IMG/VR virus record: IMGVR_UViG_3300022178_002814
Span: 1-32,578 of that record
DNA: 32,578 nucleotides
Source of the DNA: a virus
Lineage: Duplodnaviria > Caudoviricetes
Strand: one strand, 5' to 3'
Part shown: positions 26,440 through 32,578 of the stretch, piece by piece
How the letters are laid out: each line of letters begins with the position of its first letter
Numbering within the stretch: position 1 is the stretch's first letter
The notes under the pieces: model-generated
What the model was told of the DNA's origin: nothing
Databases searched by the model: none
Seen by the model: the letters and a program-made list of their open reading frames with translations, nothing else
Program-made: the position numbers and the translations under genes

Positions 26440-26716
26440 GTTGCTTGCCATGGCACGAGATTGCCCTGTGTGTATGCATTGCGGCAAAAGTAACCACGAT
26501 GATGTAGTAGCGGCTCACAGCAATCAATTGCGAGACGGAAAAGGTAGGGGCTTAAAGGCACATGATTATCGAATTGCGTACCTTTGTTATGTTTGTCATT
26601 TAGAGCTTGACCAAGGCAAAGACATGAGCAAACAGGAACGTATTGAGATGTGGGAGGAAGCACACCGCAAAAGTATAGGGTGGCTTTGTGAATCTATGAG
26701 GCTAATTGTTAAATGA
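26411..26716 (+). CDS. YbcO/DUF1364-like Zn-binding His-Me nuclease
   Basis: YRSPKLL...CMHC...VVAAHSN...GKGRGLKAHD...LCYVCH. Confidence 0.8.
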   Translation: MSSGIYRSPKLLAMARDCPVCMHCGKSNHDDVVAAHSNQLRDGKGRGLKAHDYRIAYLCYVCHLELDQGKDMSKQERIEMWEEAHRKSIGWLCESMRLIVK

Positions 26717-26991
26717 AATGCCTATCTAAAGGTTGTAAAAATACTTCTTTGCTTATGACAGTTGAGTTATGTTATCCCTGTTCGCAATTAATTGAACAAG
26801 GTTGCGCTGAGTGTGGCGTCAAGACAAGCGATGGCTATGCGCTTTACTGTGTTAAGTGTAGTGAGCCTATGCGTGAGTGGATAGGGCTAACTGATGCCGA
26901 GATAGCACAAGCAGTAGGCAGCCCACTCGATGAAGTGTACTTAGTTGACTTTCGTAAAGTGATAGCTAAAGTATATGAGAAAAATACCTAA
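26713..26991 (+). CDS. Zn-ribbon hypothetical protein
   Basis: Four Cys pairs and EWIGLTDAEI motif. Confidence 0.6.
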   Translation: MKCLSKGCKNTSLLMTVELCYPCSQLIEQGCAECGVKTSDGYALYCVKCSEPMREWIGLTDAEIAQAVGSPLDEVYLVDFRKVIAKVYEKNT

Positions 26992-27024
26992 ACCGTTTGA
27001 TATACTTTTAGAAATGTGGCGAAT

Positions 27025-27051
27025 ATTAAGTGTTAGCAACTTAATTTTTTT
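27025..27051 (+). terminator. Weak intrinsic terminator at the end of the early operon
   Basis: ATTAAGT-GTTAGCA-ACTTAAT followed by a T-run; AT-rich stem. Confidence 0.35.
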
Positions 27052-27081
27052 ATTTGTTCTCAAATGTGTGAGTACCGTGCT

Positions 27082-27288
27082 TTATCGGGGATTCGCCACA
27101 CCACACACAGCGTTAAATACTTCAATGAACTTTGCACCCGATTCTAGGGTCTGTGGCGTGTCTTTAACGCTATAGGTAGGCAAGTCCCTTTCTAGCTCTC
27201 TGCAAATTGTCCTAGAGGTCTCTGAGCCATTGACTGACGCACATGAAACAAGTAAAATAGAAAAACACAAAACTAATAAGGTTTTCAT
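27082..27288 (-). CDS. Rz1: Outer-membrane spanin (Rz1-like lipoprotein)
   Basis: Signal MKTLLVLCFSILLVS-C (lipobox); last gene of the lysis cassette. Confidence 0.75.
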   Translation of the reverse strand: MKTLLVLCFSILLVSCASVNGSETSRTICRELERDLPTYSVKDTPQTLESGAKFIEVFNAVCGVANPR

Positions 27289-27925
27289 TGTGAAATTATG
27301 CCTTCAATGTAATTCAGAAATATCTAAAGCTAAATTTAGTTACAAAATATTAAAATATTGTTGCCACAAATGTTACGCAGATTCAATACGTGGCGTTTCA
27401 AAAGATATGAGTTATGCAACAGAGGCAGCAGCAAAAAAAAGAAACGGGTGTTTAAATAGAACAAAAGAAAACGCAGACAATTGGTTTTGGTCAAAGATAA
27501 AAAAAGTTGAATCTGGTTGTTGGGAATGGCAAGGTTATAAACAGCACGGTTACGGAATGGTTCCAAAATTTAACAATCAAAAAGATTGTAGAGCACATAG
27601 GGTTTCTTACTGGTTACACAATGAAATTTGGCCTACAAAAATGGTTTTGCATTCTTGTGACAATCGCTGTTGCGTAAATCCTAATCATTTAAGAGAAGGA
27701 ACGCATTTGGAAAATATGCAAGATGTAATTGATAGAAGCAGACAAAAACGTGGAGAACAATCATCTGCATCAAAACTAACAGAATTACAAGTAAATGACA
27801 TTAAAAAATCCAAAGAGCAAAATAAAGTATTAGCAAAATTATATGGAGTTCACAATAGTACTATTAGCAGAATTAAACAAAATAAATTGTGGAATCATTT
27901 ACAAATCACGTAATCTTTTTGCAGA
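27239..27925 (+). mobile_element. 687-bp AT-rich HNH endonuclease cassette inserted in the Rz/Rz1 overlap
   Basis: Removing it rejoins both the Rz and Rz1 frames (see finding); composition shifts to AT-rich. Confidence 0.75.
27290..27913 (+). CDS. HNH homing endonuclease (N-terminal Zn finger, HNH_3 core, C-terminal HTH)
   Basis: CLQC...YCCHKC; SGCWEWQG...GYG...RAHRVSY...VLHSCDNRCCVNPNHL...EN; KLTELQV...LAKLYGVHNSTISRI. GTG 27290 with AAGG is the likelier start. Confidence 0.92.
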   Translation: MKLCLQCNSEISKAKFSYKILKYCCHKCYADSIRGVSKDMSYATEAAAKKRNGCLNRTKENADNWFWSKIKKVESGCWEWQGYKQHGYGMVPKFNNQKDCRAHRVSYWLHNEIWPTKMVLHSCDNRCCVNPNHLREGTHLENMQDVIDRSRQKRGEQSSASKLTELQVNDIKKSKEQNKVLAKLYGVHNSTISRIKQNKLWNHLQIT

Positions 27926-28011
27926 GCGCAACCGTTCAATAGCGGTAGCGTTATCACCATCAGCCCTGCGAACACGGTCTGCAATATCCTCAATCTTCCT
28001 TGCTTGTGCAT
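27895..28011 (-). pseudogene. Truncated original embedded Rz1 (lipoprotein signal retained)
   Basis: +1 frame inside Rz reads MHKQGRLRILQTVFAGLMVITLPLLNG-CALQKDYVICK*, with GAGG RBS and LNGC lipobox. Confidence 0.7.
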
Positions 28012-28144
28012 TATCAGCCTCTCTCATAGCATTTTCAGCAGAGTCATACCCTTGCTTGCGACCCGTTAAATAAATTGCGAGAACGCCTAATAAAGCACCA
28101 GCTAAAGCAATAAGATACCCTTTGAACCTTAACCAGATTGCCAT
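27899..28144 (-). CDS. Rz: Inner-membrane spanin (Rz-like)
   Basis: N-terminal TM helix and periplasmic coiled coil, downstream of the endolysin. Confidence 0.75.
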   Translation of the reverse strand: MAIWLRFKGYLIALAGALLGVLAIYLTGRKQGYDSAENAMREADNAQARKIEDIADRVRRADGDNATAIERLRSAKRLRDL

Positions 28145-28689
28145 TGACCTGTCCTCATCTGCGTTGCCATCTCATTAGCTCGCTTCGGTGTTTGGCTTGC
28201 CCACAACGATTTAAGCATATTGTCAGCAGCGGCATCATAATCACCAAGTTCAATCAGGTTTAATGTGCTCTTAAATTGCATAAGACCGTGCACACCCATT
28301 TGAAACGCCATGTTCAATAGAACACCTTGCCTAGCCTCATTTAATTGCTTAAAGCTCGGTATAGAGCGATTCAGAGCTTCGTAGACACCATTAACATCGT
28401 TAGCCAATAGATACTCTGCTTCAGCCTCAGTAATGCCACCATTCTTGGCTTTGTCAATCAGCCGACCATAGCCAATAGTTAAATAACCTAGCGAGTCTTT
28501 ATAAGCGTTGCTAACAAAGCCTTCATGCCGTTTTATCTGCTTTGTTGTTTGCGTTATCAAGTTTTGATTGCTTGATGACTCTGGCAATTGGGCTGGCAAC
28601 GATGCAGACGATTCCAATGACTTTAAGGACTTCGCTTCCAACGTTTTCGGTGACAACAGACGGGAGAGAATTGATGACAATAGCGACAT
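28129..28689 (-). CDS. Endolysin, GH24 T4-like lysozyme (start uncertain: 28689 or TTG 28560)
   Basis: HEG...YKDSLGYLTIGYG catalytic E-D-T motif; NMAFQMG and SLWASQTPKRA. Confidence 0.93.
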   Translation of the reverse strand: MSLLSSILSRLLSPKTLEAKSLKSLESSASLPAQLPESSSNQNLITQTTKQIKRHEGFVSNAYKDSLGYLTIGYGRLIDKAKNGGITEAEAEYLLANDVNGVYEALNRSIPSFKQLNEARQGVLLNMAFQMGVHGLMQFKSTLNLIELGDYDAAADNMLKSLWASQTPKRANEMATQMRTGQWQSG

Positions 28690-28789
28690 GATGCGGGAAT
28701 AACTCCAAAAAAGTTAATAAGGAACCGCCAACAATTGACAGCCTAATAGACCACCATTTAGACCAATCTTTAGCATCGGGTACTAACAT
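28523..28789 (-). CDS. Putative holin
   Basis: KWWSIRL...ARVIKQ pattern with two hydrophobic segments, upstream of the endolysin. Confidence 0.7.
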   Translation of the reverse strand: MLVPDAKDWSKWWSIRLSIVGGSLLTFLELFPHHVAIVINSLPSVVTENVGSEVLKVIGIVCIVASPIARVIKQSKLDNANNKADKTA

Positions 28790-29724
28790 ACTTGCTCACC
28801 TCTAAAATATGCATGACCATCAAGCACAGCACAAAACTCAGGCTGAATTAAGCGCCCATTAACAATAGTTAAGACTGCAAACCCGCTACAATGGTTTTTC
28901 GGGTTGTCTTCACCGTAGCCCATGTGGTCACCGTCTGTTTCGGCAAGTGTGCCTGTATCAATGCCCCAACGAGTGCCACCATAATCCGAAAAAATAGTGG
29001 CTTGTAAACGATGTAGATGCCCTGTCGCTATCGAGACGCCTGCTTTCAGGGAATTATTATATGTTGCGTGAATGCCGTTGTGATAGCGGTGTTTGATCAT
29101 AAGGTTTTTGTTGATCATCACAGACATACAGAATAACCATCGTGGGAAGTGGTCTTTAAGACTGAATCCTTTTATGCCTTCGTACTCAGGTGCAAGGTTA
29201 GCAAGTTTGCTTTCAAAGCGCATGTCGTGATTTCCCAGGGGGAATATGAGCTTGGCATTACCCGCTACCTTTTCAATTTCACCTAGTCGGTCTGCAACCG
29301 CTTCAAGTTCCTGTTTAACAGTCGGTAACTGAACCGTTGCCCAAGATGCTTTTGGGTATCGGCTAATACTAGAACCGTCTACAGCATCGCCATTCATAAT
29401 CACGATAGTAGGCTTATGTTTCTTGACTAGCTTCACAAACGCTTGATGGGCAACGGAAATTTGATCGGGCCAATAATGTGCGTCACTTGCTACAAAAATG
29501 GTCGCATTATCTATGTCCACATCCATTCTACTCATGTGGTCACGAACGTAATATTCTTGGGAGTTTGGACTGTTGGATATTAAACGAATCTTATATTTAT
29601 TCTCAAGATTGCGCCTTCGTTGATGCACATTGCGTACATCAATTCCTAATTTCTTGCTTATTAATGTGGGTGATTTTAATTGGTTCCAAAGTTCTATAAA
29701 TTCGCTTTCTGTCAGCCGTTTCAT
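28783..29724 (-). CDS. Calcineurin-like metallophosphoesterase with N-terminal HTH
   Basis: SDAH, NGD, GNHD and GHLH motifs. Confidence 0.9.
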   Translation of the reverse strand: MKRLTESEFIELWNQLKSPTLISKKLGIDVRNVHQRRRNLENKYKIRLISNSPNSQEYYVRDHMSRMDVDIDNATIFVASDAHYWPDQISVAHQAFVKLVKKHKPTIVIMNGDAVDGSSISRYPKASWATVQLPTVKQELEAVADRLGEIEKVAGNAKLIFPLGNHDMRFESKLANLAPEYEGIKGFSLKDHFPRWLFCMSVMINKNLMIKHRYHNGIHATYNNSLKAGVSIATGHLHRLQATIFSDYGGTRWGIDTGTLAETDGDHMGYGEDNPKNHCSGFAVLTIVNGRLIQPEFCAVLDGHAYFRGEQVC

Positions 29725-29733
29725 GAAGACCCT

Positions 29734-30006
29734 TTAACGTTTTATGACGCCTTCAATGACAACCGCTGTCACTAAACCGACTACAATCCAAATGAGCTTA
29801 TCTACTAGCCTAAACACAGCACCACGGCTAATAGTTACTTTCTCAATATCAGCTACTCGGTCTTCCATGTTTAGCTGACGTGCATCGTATGTATCCATAC
29901 GGTTAAAGAGCGTTATGATGCGCTCCTCCATACGAGCCAAGCTAACAACGGCTTCAGATAGTTTATCAAGTTTTTGCTCAATCCTAGCAAGACGCTGCTC
30001 TTCCAT
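29734..30006 (-). CDS. Coiled-coil protein with C-terminal TM (XhlA/holin-like)
   Basis: Heptad repeats followed by LIWIVVGLVTAVVI. Confidence 0.65.
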   Translation of the reverse strand: MEEQRLARIEQKLDKLSEAVVSLARMEERIITLFNRMDTYDARQLNMEDRVADIEKVTISRGAVFRLVDKLIWIVVGLVTAVVIEGVIKR

Positions 30007-30009
30007 GTA

Positions 30010-30243
30010 TCACACCAAATAAGATTTAACTAAGTATAATATAGCACCTAAAATGCTACCGCTTAGTGTTGCAACAATATCCCAAACGTCAGGTGTGCCA
30101 TAGCCTAAACTATCGAACCATTCTTTAGCTAGACCAGCCACTACAGTAATACATAGCCCTATGCCCCAGCCAAAGAATAGCGAGGCTGATAGCATAAGAG
30201 CTAGTCCTGACCAGAAGTGCGCTTGTTTATCGAGCGGAATCAT
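30010..30243 (-). CDS. VanZ/YfiM-like small membrane protein
   Basis: DKQAHF...KE..D...WDIVAT with three hydrophobic segments. Confidence 0.7.
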   Translation of the reverse strand: MIPLDKQAHFWSGLALMLSASLFFGWGIGLCITVVAGLAKEWFDSLGYGTPDVWDIVATLSGSILGAILYLVKSYLV

Positions 30244-30472
30244 CTTGTGCAGCTTGGTACGCAGCGACTACTTCTGCGGTATGAGTAGCTTCGCAAATGG
30301 CTTGTACCCGTGCGTCTTCTGCGCTGTAGTCATCGCCTGGAGCAACAACATGGCGGTGGAATGTGCCTGAGATTTGCTTGCCATCTTCCATGATTGCCGT
30401 TTTGGTTCTAACCTGTACGACACCTGATTCAAGCACTTCGATCCTATCAACAATTTGAATTTTCTTAAGCAT
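30227..30472 (-). CDS. Tail-fibre-associated small protein (chaperone-like)
   Basis: AGGAG RBS; VDRIEVLESG...FHRHVVAPGDD...VQAIC...HT motif, follows the tailspikes. Confidence 0.65.
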   Translation of the reverse strand: MLKKIQIVDRIEVLESGVVQVRTKTAIMEDGKQISGTFHRHVVAPGDDYSAEDARVQAICEATHTAEVVAAYQAAQDDSAR

Positions 30473-30489
30473 GATTTACTCCTAATATG

Positions 30490-30509
30490 ACCCAAGAATC
30501 CACTTGGGC
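30490..30509 (-). promoter_or_regulatory. Hairpin GCCCAAG-TGGATT-CTTGGGT just upstream of an RBS
   Basis: 7-bp stem with no U-tail, a few nt before AGGAG. Confidence 0.45.
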
Positions 30510-30534
30510 TTTGGTTTAACAATTGGTTTTGTTT

Positions 30535-31896
30535 TTAAAATCCTGACATTACAGACACAGTAGCAACCGCGCAGGTTGTACCGTTTACTATAGTATCCGT
30601 TCCCAAAACATCGAGCGCACCGCCCGAATCTTGGTACACAAACACTTCGTAATAGCCACCTACGCTTGCATTATCAATAATGCTAATTGAATCGCTAAAT
30701 TGTACTGTTGAAGGTGCTTTTTGACTAAAAGCCCACGGTGAGTTATTTTTATATATTCTAACTTGCCTAACAGTTCCTGCTGCACTAGCCGCCCATTGAA
30801 CAGTTACGTCAATTGAATATGCGCCATTGAACCCAATTGGAACGGTAAATCTAGTATTGTTTACGGATGCTGAATGAATACCGCCAACGTCAACAAAAAC
30901 ATCACTGTCAAAAGCAATAGCCGTAAGAGTTGCGTTTGGTATAGATTGACTTGTTTGTATACGCCCTCGCGCCCGTGGTGTGGGTACAGTATTTAAAAAA
31001 CGTAACGCATTTGTTGTTGCGCTCCACCCAGACTGATACGCTCCAGCAAAAACAATGTTTGGGTAGGTAATATTGCATCCAGCGCCATGACCTTCTTCAT
31101 AACAGCCAAAAAACTCATTATTGCCAGAAACTCTGTTGGCCTTATAAGCGCCCTGTGTTGTGTTTCCTTCAGCTAAGCAACCTATATAAGTATTGCCAAT
31201 TTGCGAATCTTCGTGAAAGCCCCATCCTTGGTTAATAGTAGCCGTGCAATTTATTGCAACTCCTCGATTTGCGTTATCACCTTGCACAAAAAACCCATCG
31301 CTACCATTGTTAGTGGCATAGCAATGGTACAAACCCCAAGCATTTGCATTGCCTTGTAAATCTGCGCCGCCAGCCACGTTAGCTAAAATCCTAAAACCAT
31401 TTCTTTTAAAATCACTTACAAAAACATTGCACAACAATACATTTACAGCACGAATAAAAATTCCGTCAACGTTAGTGCCTGTACCAGTTGGGCCGCCAGC
31501 AGATTTAACACGCAAATTTTGTATCACACCGTAATCGCAACCGGGTGTAGATGCACTTGGTGCTACAGTTGTATAACCAAAGGAGGTTGAACAATTCATT
31601 ACAATGCCGCTAACGCCAGCATCAAACAACAAAGTTGTTCCTGCACTTGCTGCATTTATAGTTGCAACTTGACCAACAAGCGTAATGTTTTTTGTTAGAT
31701 TTAATGTTTGCGACAAACGAAACACATTGCTTGTAGTAGCGCCAATTACAATGCAACCGCCAGATAATGGCAAAGCATCTTGAGCCGCTACAAACGCATT
31801 GTAATCATCAGTTGTACCATCGCCCACAGCACCATAATCTAAAACATTTATGGATGCTCCTGTAATCATTGAGTATGGAACTTTAGTAATAGACAT
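30535..31896 (-). CDS. Tailspike 2 (pectate-lyase-like beta-helix with C1q-like C-terminus; no head-binding domain)
   Basis: MSITKVPYSMITGASINVLDYGAVGDGTTDD; Asn-ladder repeats; NTRFTVP...G.Y...IYKN...YEVFVYQDSG. Confidence 0.9.
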   Translation of the reverse strand: MSITKVPYSMITGASINVLDYGAVGDGTTDDYNAFVAAQDALPLSGGCIVIGATTSNVFRLSQTLNLTKNITLVGQVATINAASAGTTLLFDAGVSGIVMNCSTSFGYTTVAPSASTPGCDYGVIQNLRVKSAGGPTGTGTNVDGIFIRAVNVLLCNVFVSDFKRNGFRILANVAGGADLQGNANAWGLYHCYATNNGSDGFFVQGDNANRGVAINCTATINQGWGFHEDSQIGNTYIGCLAEGNTTQGAYKANRVSGNNEFFGCYEEGHGAGCNITYPNIVFAGAYQSGWSATTNALRFLNTVPTPRARGRIQTSQSIPNATLTAIAFDSDVFVDVGGIHSASVNNTRFTVPIGFNGAYSIDVTVQWAASAAGTVRQVRIYKNNSPWAFSQKAPSTVQFSDSISIIDNASVGGYYEVFVYQDSGGALDVLGTDTIVNGTTCAVATVSVMSGF

Positions 31897-31934
31897 ATTT
31901 ATATTCCCTAAAAATAACTGTTTTGTAAGTATTT

Positions 31935-32576
31935 TTATGTTTGATAAGTAACTTGAAGATCAACGCGAGCGCTGTTTTGGAACACATTAATGGTATCGGT
32001 TTCCACTGTTCCAGCCACAGTCAGTCCAGTAAAGGCTATAGTAGTTCCGCCTAACGGAACGCGAGGCTTCAACGACACCACACTAGTGCTTATGGCGGAA
32101 ATAAAGGTCATAGTGCCTGGAGCTTGCATAAGATTGCTGTCTCTTGCGAATGGCAAACCAGATATTGTGTTGACATTGCCAGTACCAATAACGTTAATTT
32201 GGAGAACTGCACTTACGGACACCAAGCGACCTATTTTGGTGTAAGTACCACTTTGTAGCAGGTAAGTAGCATCGCCCCCAACACTAGGCGTCCAAGTCCC
32301 TTCTTCATAGTCATCGAGCAACTCTGAGGTCATACCTGCGGCTTGACCGTCAGCTGAGAAGTCGATGCCTTTGCCTGATGTGCCGATGACAATATCACCA
32401 CCAACAAACCGATGCTTAGTTACGTTTGCATCGCCATAAGTGTATTCATTACTGACGGATGCCGCAGATGGTTGAGCGTTATGCCCCCAAAATGCGTTAT
32501 TTGCTCCAGATGTTAGAGATACGCCTGCGTTCCAGCCAAAGCCACTATTTTGACTGCCAGTACATAGAACTAATGT
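31935..32576 (-). CDS. 3' part of a tail fibre/tailspike gene entering from the right edge
   Basis: The frame is open from the window edge (TLVLCTGSQNSGFG...GKGIDFSADGQAAGMTSELLDDYEEGTWTP); the track ATG at 32333 is internal. Confidence 0.85.
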   Translation of the reverse strand, partial: TLVLCTGSQNSGFGWNAGVSLTSGANNAFWGHNAQPSAASVSNEYTYGDANVTKHRFVGGDIVIGTSGKGIDFSADGQAAGMTSELLDDYEEGTWTPSVGGDATYLLQSGTYTKIGRLVSVSAVLQINVIGTGNVNTISGLPFARDSNLMQAPGTMTFISAISTSVVSLKPRVPLGGTTIAFTGLTVAGTVETDTINVFQNSARVDLQVTYQT

Positions 32577-32578
32577 AG

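Noticed and set aside
26975-27175. Plus-strand 66-aa hydrophobic ORF
   Set aside because: It runs through a putative terminator and antisense to the o-spanin; too little support to call.
27239-27925. Group I/II intron explanation for the HNH insert
   Set aside because: The cassette is almost entirely an antisense ORF, with no room for or sign of a ribozyme core, and both host genes are complete without splicing.
1-32578. tRNA, CRISPR array, integrase/att, CI repressor, reverse transcriptase/DGR
   Set aside because: I saw no cloverleaf, spaced repeat array, recombinase or RT motifs by eye. The only repeat between the tail genes is 18 nt with no adenine-specific variation. tRNAscan and HMM searches would be needed to confirm absence.

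Overview
Almost the whole genome of a tailed bacteriophage with a P22-like podovirus virion module, probably circularly permuted. The host is probably a Gram-negative proteobacterium; Betaproteobacteria is only an inference. The minus strand carries two tailspikes, a lysis cassette (holin, GH24 lysozyme, two-component spanin), a YdaU/DUF1376-type replication initiator with iterons, TerS/TerL, portal, an ADP-ribosyltransferase-like gene, scaffold, P22-type coat, gp4/gp10/needle-like tail proteins, a GNAT protein and three ejection proteins. A plus-strand early operon (20.8-27.0 kb) carries an Arc-like repressor, a PD-(D/E)XK nuclease, a PAPS-reductase-like gene, Erf, YqaJ exonuclease, SSB, DUF3310, NinB and others. 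I saw no integrase, CI-type repressor, tRNA or CRISPR array. The most notable observations: (1) a 687-bp antisense HNH cassette inserted into the Rz/Rz1 overlap that supplies a replacement Rz C-terminus and a new Rz1 lipoprotein signal; (2) a candidate ~55-nt anti-Shine-Dalgarno sRNA whose 10-nt seed is complementary to the RBS of early genes; (3) a C4/CI-like structured leader that sequesters the RBS of the replication initiator; (4) a Fur-box-like site directly before terS, plus a HiPIP-like Cys protein; (5) an unannotated secreted 6-Cys miniprotein. All calls come from reading the sequence; no searches were run.
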